From: an uncultured virus (IMG/VR IMGVR_UViG_3300017956_000004)
Lineage: Duplodnaviria; Heunggongvirae; Uroviricota; Caudoviricetes
Strand: one strand, 5' to 3'
IMG/VR virus record: IMGVR_UViG_3300017956_000004
DNA: 55,589 bases
Shown in pieces: positions 47,777 to 55,589 of this stretch (within the stretch, counting starts at the first letter, position 1; each line of letters starts with the position of its first letter). Under the pieces are notes generated by a model. It did no database searches and had not been told where the DNA came from. It saw only the letters and a program-made list of their open reading frames with translations. The position numbers and the translations under genes were made by a program.

Positions 47777-48767
47777 ACTCTTTAAACCACTCTCTAATAC
47801 AAGTTTTAGCACTTGGTATTGTTATGGTTCCCTCATTATAGTTTGTTAGAGCTTCACACACCATGTCTACACTTTGTTCAAAGCGATCAAACAGATGTTT
47901 CTTATCATACAGTTCTGGATATACCAGTCTGTTAGGTAATACAGGCGTACAGCCTAAGTAAGCAGCTTCTGCAACACCGAAGCCAAAGTTTTCTTGTAGA
48001 GCGTAACTTACTATTACCTTGCTTTGTCCAAGTAAACGATAATAATCTTCCTTGGATAAATTTAATTCCTGTGTTTTGAGGAACCTCACATTAGGAACAG
48101 TATCACTTATGCGTTCTGTAACCTGTTTTGCCAGTTCATCAAACAACCAGGGTTGTTTTTCGTCACAAAGTCTACCATTGAAAATTACAATAGGTTCCTT
48201 GTAACTGGTGTCAATTAAATCGAGCCCCGTGTGGTCCACAGGTAATCCTGTTACGACCAACTTGTCGGAGCCCACGTACCTCTTTTTAAGAATGTCTTGT
48301 TTTATAAATTCACTGGCACAATAAATTTTATCACTGATGTCAAATATGATATCTTCAAAGTTTTTTGCCCAACGTTCCATATCACGAACAAAGTCAGTGT
48401 CAGTAAAACTACCTGCGTGTATAACACCTGTAATCTTTGCATCTACTTTGTGGAAATAGTTCATGTATGCAATGCTTTCTACACCTGGAAACCAAATATC
48501 ACTGAAGAAAAAAGTGTCGCCATCTTCTACTTCACCACGTTCATACATGCCAGCAATCATAGCCATTTGCATACTCTTAAACTTGCTGGTGTAGGCCGCA
48601 TTTAGAAAACATCCTGTGGGTAAAGGACCTGCTGTGCCAGCCGCCTCTGGATAAATTTTTACCATTGGGATATTGTTATCACTAAAATGCTTCATGATAT
48701 CACGGTCCATATGAACAGTGTATCTGCCTGGAATATGTTCTAGTGGTACATAGATAATTTTAGCCAT
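47769..48767 (-). CDS. GT-B (GT4-like) glycosyltransferase
   Basis: 'HAGSF', 'FNGRL..EK.P', ExxG-x4-E 'QENFGFGVAEA', 'YPE'. Confidence 0.75.
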   Translation of the reverse strand: MAKIIYVPLEHIPGRYTVHMDRDIMKHFSDNNIPMVKIYPEAAGTAGPLPTGCFLNAAYTSKFKSMQMAMIAGMYERGEVEDGDTFFFSDIWFPGVESIAYMNYFHKVDAKITGVIHAGSFTDTDFVRDMERWAKNFEDIIFDISDKIYCASEFIKQDILKKRYVGSDKLVVTGLPVDHTGLDLIDTSYKEPIVIFNGRLCDEKQPWLFDELAKQVTERISDTVPNVRFLKTQELNLSKEDYYRLLGQSKVIVSYALQENFGFGVAEAAYLGCTPVLPNRLVYPELYDKKHLFDRFEQSVDMVCEALTNYNEGTITIPSAKTCIREWFKEYE

Positions 48768-48912
48768 CTTTTTTGTCTTTTTCCTCTAATACTTCACCAT
48801 AGTCTACTACATGAGTTACTGGTTCGTCAAGCCCTTGTGCATAATCATTTAGGATATCTGCCTCTTCTCTTGTAATTTTCTTAGGTTCAGTTTTCTTTTT
48901 GTCATCAGTCAT
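48760..48912 (-). CDS. 50-aa hypothetical protein; not in the ORF track
   Basis: MTDDKKKTEPKKITREEADILNDYAQGL...; SD AAGGA; stop overlaps the GT start. Confidence 0.5.
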   Translation of the reverse strand: MTDDKKKTEPKKITREEADILNDYAQGLDEPVTHVVDYGEVLEEKDKKDG

Positions 48913-48921
48913 AAGATATCC

Positions 48922-49101
48922 TTACAATGAGTTTTTCTTTTCCTGGATTTCTTTGCGTCTTTCTTTAACAAGTTTGCCAAGTTCACCCAGTGCTTTACGA
49001 GCTCTAGCCGCAGATGCTTTAACACCTTTAGTTTCGAATTTCTCGTTTTCTTCTAAATATGCTTCATATTGAGCTTTAATTTTTAAATGATTCTCTGTCA
49101 T
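48922..49101 (-). CDS. Small basic histone H1/Hc1-like DNA-binding protein (59 aa); not in the ORF track
   Basis: MTENHLKIKAQYEAYLEENEKFETKGVKASAARARKALGELGKLVKERRKEIQEKKNSL*; SD AAGGAG. Confidence 0.65.
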   Translation of the reverse strand: MTENHLKIKAQYEAYLEENEKFETKGVKASAARARKALGELGKLVKERRKEIQEKKNSL

Positions 49102-49115
49102 TTCATTCTCCTTTA

Positions 49116-49817
49116 TTAATGAAGGGTCACTTCATTTGTATTTTTGAATTCAACATTTTTGATGAATTCAAAATCTTCTGCATACAGTTCTTTAATGTAT
49201 GCCTTGTTAATATCAGTTACAACCTTAGCACTAGCATTTAAGTTAGTATATGGGTCATAATCTGTGTTTCTTTCCTGAGCCCAGCCATAATAAGAAATAA
49301 TATCTTTCAGTACATTGTTATCGTCAAGATAGAAAAAATCAAATTTTTCAGGTATTTTATTATACATTTCTTTTAAAAAATATGTTTGTGGGAAAAAATG
49401 TGTATCTACAATCTCTACTAAATTTTTTTTATCTCTGGACTTTTGACCATGATCTCGACGATCATGTATAGGCTGACTTAATTTGTGATTATCATTAGGT
49501 AAACCATGCACCAAGAACATGTTAGTACCACTTATAAATCTTTTATATGGATTTCTTAGAATACATAATACCTGTTTGATTTTACTGATATGAGCATCTA
49601 AATCTATATAATGTGTTAGCCCTAGCCAATCTTCAACCTGCTGAGTATTATTAATATAGTCATGTACTCCCATATTAGCAGACTTGGGAATAGGTAAAAA
49701 AGCAAATCCAGTATGAATGTTAAGCAGTCCGTTGTTAAGCATGAAGCCGCCCTGATATGGTCCACGCCGCAATGCGGTGCCAGGCATTCTTACGTATTGT
49801 TCTTTAAGCTCTATCAT
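49116..49817 (-). CDS. Sulfotransferase family 2-like protein
   Basis: 5'-PSB-like 'FLPIPKSA', 3'-PB-like 'LRNPYKRFIS', 'HFFPQ', C-terminal 'Y..DF'. Confidence 0.6.
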   Translation of the reverse strand: MIELKEQYVRMPGTALRRGPYQGGFMLNNGLLNIHTGFAFLPIPKSANMGVHDYINNTQQVEDWLGLTHYIDLDAHISKIKQVLCILRNPYKRFISGTNMFLVHGLPNDNHKLSQPIHDRRDHGQKSRDKKNLVEIVDTHFFPQTYFLKEMYNKIPEKFDFFYLDDNNVLKDIISYYGWAQERNTDYDPYTNLNASAKVVTDINKAYIKELYAEDFEFIKNVEFKNTNEVTLH

Positions 49818-50175
49818 ATTCTATTTCGCAACCGTTTTCGTTATCTTCGGCTACAGAAATCTTTAGCCAGCGTCCAGGATACTGCTCCTGGATTTTCACT
49901 GCCAAGTCATCTGCGATCATTTCGCAACTCTTGTAATCCAATTGCAATGTGTCTTGTGCATACAGTCTTTCCATCCATCTCTTGAACTGTATAAACTCGA
50001 TATCTCTATCGTTGTGGAACACTTCAATCCATACCCTAAAATGGAATGTGTGCCTATGTGGATAACCGAGAAAAGACACGTCGTCCCAGTCGCCTGTTGC
50101 TAACTTAGGATCAGTGTCCGCACCAGGGTATTTGTGTATACCTTCTTTGTTAAATGTTACCCAAATAGTTCTCAT
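49804..50175 (-). CDS. dpdL: QueD-paralogue T-fold protein, DpdL-type (putative CDG decarboxylase)
   Basis: Has 'LGYPHRHTF' (LxxxHRHxF) instead of QueD's CxxxHGH; also 'DRDIEFI', 'SCE', 'EDNENG'. Confidence 0.7.
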   Translation of the reverse strand: MRTIWVTFNKEGIHKYPGADTDPKLATGDWDDVSFLGYPHRHTFHFRVWIEVFHNDRDIEFIQFKRWMERLYAQDTLQLDYKSCEMIADDLAVKIQEQYPGRWLKISVAEDNENGCEIEYDRA

Positions 50176-50269
50176 AATATACCTTATACAAATATTGCTA
50201 CTATAACTGCTAACACTGAGATACCAATAGCCAGTTTCTCACCGTTTGTTAAATCATTCCAATCCATAA

Positions 50270-50410
50270 TTAAAACCAAATCCTTTTCTGTATTACTTTG
50301 AGTGCATCCACTCTTTCTTTTGCAATTCTTTTCCTTGCGGCCTTTTTAGCATGATTAGCATTGTTTTGCTTATTTCTAAAAACCCGTGTCTTATTTTTAA
50401 TTTTCTTCAT
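50270..50410 (-). CDS. 46-aa highly basic small protein; not in the ORF track
   Basis: MKKIKNKTRVFRNKQNNANHAKKAARKRIAKERVDALKVIQKRIWF*. Confidence 0.4.
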   Translation of the reverse strand: MKKIKNKTRVFRNKQNNANHAKKAARKRIAKERVDALKVIQKRIWF

Positions 50411-50593
50411 CTAAATCCTTTTCATATATTGGCAACCCGTGCTCAGTATAACCTACCAAGTCGTCATGCCAGTCCATACACATCACAACACATCCTGTGC
50501 TGTAATACTTAAACATCACCAATGCCACAAAGACGCAGAAAAGAGCTAGTAAAGCTCTTAGGTTTGTGTTCTTGCCGACTACAACTTTTCTTC

Positions 50594-50869
50594 TCAAGTA
50601 TTGTCTCCGTCTCTGTACGCAACGCAACTCTTGTCAAATACGCCTGCCTCTGCTGTCGCATTCGCATTCTGCTTCTCGCATTTCGCAACATTAGTTTGTG
50701 ATCGTTTGCTGTCATCTGTCTGCTTCGCATTGCCTTTCTCCCATGGTAGTGGTATTGTATGTCCTGCTTTCTTTTCGCTTACAAGATGTGAACTCATGTA
50801 TGCAAAAAATGCCATAACTATAATGACTATAGCACTAAAAATAAATTCAATTATCGCCATAATGTTCAT
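50594..50869 (-). CDS. Small membrane protein
   Basis: N-terminal TM helix, then 'SEKKAGHTIPLPWE'. Confidence 0.5.
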   Translation of the reverse strand: MNIMAIIEFIFSAIVIIVMAFFAYMSSHLVSEKKAGHTIPLPWEKGNAKQTDDSKRSQTNVAKCEKQNANATAEAGVFDKSCVAYRDGDNT

Positions 50870-51035
50870 CCAATAATTGCTCTAACTCTGGTGGAAACTC
50901 AGCACCCATAGCACCGAGAAAATCTATAAAGGATAAAAATACCTCTTGTAAATTTTCTTCTTGCTTAAGATCAGTTACTTCTATAACACTGGTTATAGTA
51001 GAACGACCTTTTTTACCGCTAAGATTTATTTCCAT
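50847..51035 (-). CDS. Hypothetical protein
   Basis: 62 aa directly downstream of a sigma70 promoter. Confidence 0.5.
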   Translation of the reverse strand: MEINLSGKKGRSTITSVIEVTDLKQEENLQEVFLSFIDFLGAMGAEFPPELEQLLDEHYGDN

Positions 51036-51043
51036 ATTAATAT

Positions 51044-51071
51044 ATTATACATTATCATTTGCTATTGTCAA
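51044..51071 (-). promoter_or_regulatory. sigma70-type promoter
   Basis: TTGACA-16-TATAAT; the ATG at 51035 is only 8 nt below the -10. Confidence 0.7.
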
Positions 51072-51546
51072 GTACTTTTAACGGTGAAGTGTATTTGGTT
51101 TTATGTACAAAACTGTCGCGATCCAGCATTTTGTGCAAGTCATGATACCAAATACCTGGGTTCACCATCTTCTGTGCGTCTGTAACGGCCACAGTGGTAT
51201 TATAGTTATACTGGGCAATATATGGCAAATCGATTTTAATGAGAGGAATGAAAGTGTCATACTCTGTCATACCCCCCTCTAAAAATTCTTCACCATACTT
51301 GTTGTCAAAACTTAGTGTTACCCACACTTTGCTTTGCAACATTGGTATGATAGTCTTTTCCCATCTGGTCCATTCAACATTACCGTTAGGTTGAAAACTA
51401 TCGTTATATCCCAAATGAATATGTGGGCAATGTTCATTCAGAGCATACATCAAAATTTCTTCTTTATCATACAGACCTTCTACAAACAATGTACGTTGCT
51501 TGTGTGCCGGAGTTAAATGAAATTCGTCGCCCACATAAAAAGTCAT
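51055..51546 (-). CDS. Hypothetical protein translationally coupled to dpdA
   Basis: TAATG overlap with the dpdA stop; 'G.E...TPA...RTLFV', 'HIHLGYN.SF', 'NPGIW.H'. Confidence 0.6.
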   Translation of the reverse strand: MTFYVGDEFHLTPAHKQRTLFVEGLYDKEEILMYALNEHCPHIHLGYNDSFQPNGNVEWTRWEKTIIPMLQSKVWVTLSFDNKYGEEFLEGGMTEYDTFIPLIKIDLPYIAQYNYNTTVAVTDAQKMVNPGIWYHDLHKMLDRDSFVHKTKYTSPLKVLDNSK

Positions 51547-53093
51547 TAAACATCATCTCCAATAATATCTTCAAAGTTTGTATATTCTTCTGGAGTATCG
51601 TCTTGTACATCATCACCAAAGGAGAAGAAGGCATTGTCCAGTTCTTTCTCCTGTTGTAGTTCTCCAAAACTTAGTTCGTCCAAGAACGGTTTCCATTCCT
51701 TAATCATACCATATGGATCTGGACAGTTAGGATCTAGTAAATCCTGTACAAATGTATCAAAGTATACTACACTATAAGGTACATAAGGACTAAACTCATT
51801 TGTGTTTTTAGTCTTTTTGTCTTTTACCCAATCTTTATAGCACAAATTTGTACGGAATTTTTCTACATCAGCAAGTCTGTTTGCTTCTTGTACAGCAGTT
51901 AAGTGATTGTACACACTGTGAGCCATGTAATACATGTATGTATTAGTGTCCCAACTGGTGCTGTCTGGTCCTTTAGCCTTGCCATTTCTGTCTAAATCGC
52001 CTTCAGCCATACAGCAAATATCGCCTGCTGTTAGCCTTTCCATGATAGGACTGTGTGCAAACGGCATGGGTAGCTCACTGTTCTTCAGACGTTGTGTATC
52101 AATAGCACTGTCCATAAAATATCCAAAACGTTTAGGACTAAAGTAGTTGTAACTGTATGTGCTACCATATGCTGTATTAACAAAAGGGCTTGCCGCATCA
52201 AAACTTAATACAATATTAGGAGAGTCATGTTTTCTCAACATGCGTTGTATGCTGGTCAAATAGCAAGCCCAATTCAGTTTACCTGTACCCAGGAAGTGGA
52301 TCCAACCTTTGCCTTCCAGCAATCCGTCTTTACGCAGATCCAGGATACGTTTTAGTGCTAGGTACATATTACTCTTGTTAATACCTGCCATTGCAAAACC
52401 TTCCAGTGTCAAATCACGATCGCCATATCCTTCTTGTACAAAATTAGGATCACTAAAGTGTTTGATACTTTCGTACCAATGATCACTAGTGGCTTCATCG
52501 TTACCACTGAGAATGTTCATAAACTTGGTTGCACCCTTGACACGATTCTTCAAAAAGTAATCAATGTTAAGTTGCGTGATATCAATACATGTCTGGAAAT
52601 CTTTTAATCCAGTACGAGCATTAAGGGGAGGGATACTGGCAACTGAAGGCACATCAAGTATCATACTCCAGTCTGCTGTTTTCTCCAGGTATCGTAAAAT
52701 CTTTTCACAAAGTTCTAAACGAGCAGGATCATTAGGATCGGTTGCATTAGCCCAATCCATTTTAATAACACCAGTAGCAACCTGGAAACCACCTGAGTCA
52801 CCCAGTATCACTGTCTGATTTCTGTCACGTTTTTGTATCATGGGCTCATCATCGTCAGCCTTTTCCAGGTTAAGTTGTGCATGCCCTGCACTGTAAAGTC
52901 CAAAGGGATAATGATAGTAACTGCCTTCATTTTTAAGAAAGTCTAATCCTTCATTACCTAACTCAAAATCTTCAGGGCATCGACTGTTTTCTTTGTCCCT
53001 TGTGGTAATCTTGTCTAATTGTTTTACATAGAAACTACTAATGGCTGGCAGATATACCGCATAGTCTCTCTGTGTTTTACCCAAGTCTCTCAT
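51546..53093 (-). CDS. dpdA: TGT-superfamily transglycosylase, probably a DpdA-type DNA 7-deazaguanine transglycosylase
   Basis: 'LGDSGGFQ', 'MILDVP', 'IHFLG', 'SFDAASP', terminal 'MAHS'; no obvious intact CxCxxC Zn site; next to the clamp/polymerase and near folE/queE/dpdL. Confidence 0.72.
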   Translation of the reverse strand: MRDLGKTQRDYAVYLPAISSFYVKQLDKITTRDKENSRCPEDFELGNEGLDFLKNEGSYYHYPFGLYSAGHAQLNLEKADDDEPMIQKRDRNQTVILGDSGGFQVATGVIKMDWANATDPNDPARLELCEKILRYLEKTADWSMILDVPSVASIPPLNARTGLKDFQTCIDITQLNIDYFLKNRVKGATKFMNILSGNDEATSDHWYESIKHFSDPNFVQEGYGDRDLTLEGFAMAGINKSNMYLALKRILDLRKDGLLEGKGWIHFLGTGKLNWACYLTSIQRMLRKHDSPNIVLSFDAASPFVNTAYGSTYSYNYFSPKRFGYFMDSAIDTQRLKNSELPMPFAHSPIMERLTAGDICCMAEGDLDRNGKAKGPDSTSWDTNTYMYYMAHSVYNHLTAVQEANRLADVEKFRTNLCYKDWVKDKKTKNTNEFSPYVPYSVVYFDTFVQDLLDPNCPDPYGMIKEWKPFLDELSFGELQQEKELDNAFFSFGDDVQDDTPEEYTNFEDIIGDDV

Positions 53094-53094
53094 A

Positions 53095-53850
53095 TTAACC
53101 TCTTGAAGGTAACAAGTAAGTGTATTCGCCTAATCCACTGTGTACTTTAATCTGTAATAAGCCTTTTACATTAAAGCTCATTACTACATTGGCACTATCG
53201 CTCAAACGCAAAATCTTTAACACAATGTCAAGTGGCCAACGGAATTCATGTGTAAGCTCACCGTCTACTGCTTCAGCAACTAACACCTTTGTTCTATCTC
53301 CACCGTTATCTCCTAAGTGGAAGTATAGTTTGCCATCTTCTGTACGTGGGCTGAATGTGCTTTCAAACGCACTTAAAACACCGTTAAAGTATGTTAAGTC
53401 CTTTACATTCTTTTGTGTAGGCACAATGTTAATATCAAACTCTGCGCCTTTAAATTTGATGTCTTTTAGTTGCTGGTTAATAACATCAGCAAGCATAAAT
53501 CTATAACTTGCATTAGTACCGTCTGCAGCAATAAACTCTACCTCTGTGGGTACAGTATTACCGTTACGTTCTTGTGTTACTACTTTAACTGTAGCCGCTT
53601 CATCATCAAAGCCTGGATACTTGATGTAACCATCCAGTACAGCCATACGACTAAGTCCCACTGTATGATCTACAAAGTCAGGAACAGGGTTAACTGTTTT
53701 ACCTTTTACAATAACTGACTTTTCAGCATCCACAGTTTCAATATTAGTCTCTTCACCAGTACCTGTAATTTTAACCATTTCAAAGATGCCCAAACTATGT
53801 GTGTGTTTAAGTACATCTTTAAATGTGTCTTTAATATAATTGTCTGCCAT
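53095..53850 (-). CDS. DNA polymerase sliding clamp (gp45-like)
   Basis: 251 aa next to the DNA polymerase; PCNA-like length and beta pattern, ending 'GLLQI.V.SGL.EY.Y.LP'. Confidence 0.6.
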   Translation of the reverse strand: MADNYIKDTFKDVLKHTHSLGIFEMVKITGTGEETNIETVDAEKSVIVKGKTVNPVPDFVDHTVGLSRMAVLDGYIKYPGFDDEAATVKVVTQERNGNTVPTEVEFIAADGTNASYRFMLADVINQQLKDIKFKGAEFDINIVPTQKNVKDLTYFNGVLSAFESTFSPRTEDGKLYFHLGDNGGDRTKVLVAEAVDGELTHEFRWPLDIVLKILRLSDSANVVMSFNVKGLLQIKVHSGLGEYTYLLPSRG

Positions 53851-53879
53851 GTGTGTTTTCTCCTGTATGTGAAAGGTAT

Positions 53880-54131
53880 TTAGGCCTTTGCACTCTGTTT
53901 CTCTGCTTTTTTTAGCATACGTTTATGAAAATGTAATCTTAAATATGTTTTTCTGGTCAATGCAAATACTGTAAAAATACTTGTAAGCATTACACTAGTC
54001 CAAAATGCACTCATTCCTACTTCAAAAGCAAAAGCCACAAGTATAAAGTTTAAAGGAACATTGACTGCAAACGCGATTCCTGTGTCTGCAACTGATTCCT
54101 TAAATGCATTCCAAAGTCCATATTCATTCAT
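53880..54131 (-). CDS. Small membrane protein
   Basis: Two hydrophobic helices; has its own sigma70 promoter. Confidence 0.55.
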   Translation of the reverse strand: MNEYGLWNAFKESVADTGIAFAVNVPLNFILVAFAFEVGMSAFWTSVMLTSIFTVFALTRKTYLRLHFHKRMLKKAEKQSAKA

Positions 54132-54148
54132 ATAAATCCCTAAATTCT

Positions 54149-54177
54149 ATAATAGCACTATTTGTGTATCTTGTCAA
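54149..54177 (-). promoter_or_regulatory. sigma70-type promoter
   Basis: TTGACA-17-TATTAT with a TGn extension. Confidence 0.7.
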
Positions 54178-54185
54178 CAATATTT

Positions 54186-54773
54186 TCATGTGTTGTAATC
54201 CACGATATTTGATAACACTCGTTTACACTGTGTAACGTCTTCTGGGTGCACATGATAGCCCAGTGACAATAATACTCTTAGTGTTTTTCCCTTTACTGGT
54301 GTTGCACTATGAGTATCAGTTCCAGCCCAAAGACTCCATGCTTCTCCAGTTTTTACTTCGTACATTTTATTTCCTATTATGGGGTGGCCACCGTCATCAC
54401 CTGCCTGTAGCATAATATTGATTCTTAAATGTTTCCAACCGTCACTGGCATTTTGATCAATATGCTTATACACCCCTTTGGCTTTTCCTATTTCAGTTTC
54501 AAACAAACAAGAAAATGCATGTGGATACTGTTGCCTGGACTCTCTGGTAATTGCTCTTATTCGTATATCAGTAAAGTTTGATAAAAAACTATCACTGACT
54601 TCTTCCACCGGCTCTTCCATCACAGTTTGATCCACATACATAAAAAATCTACCTGCATTCACATAATGTTCTTGATCGTATGCATAGTTAGAGCTATAAG
54701 CATCACCGTTAATGGACTGGCAATAATCTATTGCATTGCTTATAAATTCTTCTGTTAGTTCTACGTTTTGCAT
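54186..54773 (-). CDS. 2OG-Fe(II) oxygenase-like protein
   Basis: HxD 'KHID', 'R.NIMLQ...GG.P', distal 'H.ATPV.G...R..LSLG'. Confidence 0.65.
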   Translation of the reverse strand: MQNVELTEEFISNAIDYCQSINGDAYSSNYAYDQEHYVNAGRFFMYVDQTVMEEPVEEVSDSFLSNFTDIRIRAITRESRQQYPHAFSCLFETEIGKAKGVYKHIDQNASDGWKHLRINIMLQAGDDGGHPIIGNKMYEVKTGEAWSLWAGTDTHSATPVKGKTLRVLLSLGYHVHPEDVTQCKRVLSNIVDYNT

Positions 54774-55589
54774 CAGAAATCAAAAAACTCATCTAGAGCG
54801 GCGCTGTCATTAGCACGACTTAAATCCCAACCCATTGCACCCAACACATTGGATATCTTTTTATCCAATACACTCCTTTCCATTGCATCTTCATCAAAGG
54901 GTAAATCTTTAAACCATTCTGGCAGATGCATTTCATCTGTGGGATAGGCTACATTGGTGTAGCCCATTGGATTACTTTTTAGTTTGCACACAATTACTTT
55001 CATACCATCCACAATGTTCATACTGTACGCATCAGCGTTCATGTTTTTAAGATAATTCCAGTGTATGCTTGCACTAACATGCCCTGGCACCATATTATTT
55101 TCTGGTGTCAACTCTTTTAGGTTCTGTAAGGATCTGTGCGTCTTGTTTAGTGTAAGCGGATTTTTACCACTTATGCCTTTTATCTTTTCATACTTGGTTG
55201 TGTATTGTGTTAAATTGTTTACACGTTTAGGCATGCCTTTTTGCCAAGCCGGCAAGCCTCTAAAGTACTCTTTAAAGTCTCTGATCTTTTTAATGACATC
55301 TGACTCACTCATACCCTTCAGTGAGTCTCCCAAAACCTCTTCCAAAAAGTCTTGTACAAACTCTGGAGTATCAGAACGTTTGACATCCATGCCCATAATC
55401 TTGAGCTTGCCGCCCTCTGGCTGGTACCCTTCGATATCCAAACACTGTATAGCATATCGCTTTTTAGTAATAAACAAACCAGCACGACCAACTACTTCTC
55501 GTCCCGCTTTCATAACCTGTCCCGCACTTAACGGTACGTTAAAATCATCTTTAAGCATTTGTGGGAATGTATCACTAACCTTATCTGAT
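54773..55589 (-). CDS. Family B DNA polymerase, C-terminal part (start lies beyond the window)
   Basis: 'GRE...GLFITKKRYA', 'KLKIMG.D.KRSDTP', and a C-terminal clamp-binding-like 'LDEFFDF'. Confidence 0.9.
   Translation of the reverse strand, partial: SDKVSDTFPQMLKDDFNVPLSAGQVMKAGREVVGRAGLFITKKRYAIQCLDIEGYQPEGGKLKIMGMDVKRSDTPEFVQDFLEEVLGDSLKGMSESDVIKKIRDFKEYFRGLPAWQKGMPKRVNNLTQYTTKYEKIKGISGKNPLTLNKTHRSLQNLKELTPENNMVPGHVSASIHWNYLKNMNADAYSMNIVDGMKVIVCKLKSNPMGYTNVAYPTDEMHLPEWFKDLPFDEDAMERSVLDKKISNVLGAMGWDLSRANDSAALDEFFDF

Noticed and set aside
49804..50175. Calling this canonical queD
   Set aside because: It lacks CxxxHGH and has LxxxHRHxF. A true queD may lie outside the window or be host-supplied.
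51546..53093. Ordinary tRNA-guanine transglycosylase (tgt)
   Set aside because: It is longer and divergent, has no clear Zn motif, and sits in a replication context, so a DNA-acting DpdA is preferred; tRNA activity is not formally excluded.
1..55589. CRISPR array, IS/transposase, integrase, DGR reverse transcriptase or rRNA
   Set aside because: No regularly spaced repeats or diagnostic motifs were seen by eye.

Overview
This window is a 55.6-kb slice of a large (probably jumbo) tailed dsDNA phage genome, using the standard genetic code. The evidence is T4-type late promoter boxes (NATAAATA), sigma70-type early promoters, a family-B DNA polymerase, a sliding clamp, RNase H, a tRNA-Trp and tail/baseplate genes. 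It has three parts. (1) 1-32.4 kb, mostly + strand, under late-type promoters: the end of a tail-fibre/baseplate block, then a ~30-kb glycan synthesis and tailoring island. The island holds GT-A and GT10-like glycosyltransferase paralogues, four SGNH-like proteins, a UDP-sugar dehydrogenase, a NeuB-like protein, a DegT aminotransferase, an amidinotransferase, a carbamoyltransferase, two radical SAM enzymes, a 2OG-oxygenase, a methyltransferase and a 1031-aa nine-module protein. (2) 32.4-43 kb, mostly - strand: early genes (MoxR ATPase, vWA-metallopeptidase, Zn peptidase, tRNA, HNH, RNase H). Behind moxR lies a three-hairpin intergenic element whose 25-nt loop is complementary to the ribosome-binding leaders of the neighbouring early genes, making it a candidate anti-SD phage sRNA. 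(3) 43-55.6 kb, - strand: DNA polymerase and clamp followed by a 7-deazaguanine DNA-modification pathway (DpdA/TGT-like, DpdL-type T-fold protein, FolE, QueE). These genes are interleaved with a GT-B glycosyltransferase, GalE, a purine PRTase and a sulfotransferase-like gene, which suggests a possibly uncharacterised base hypermodification. All functional calls come from recognising motifs by eye; no database searches were run.
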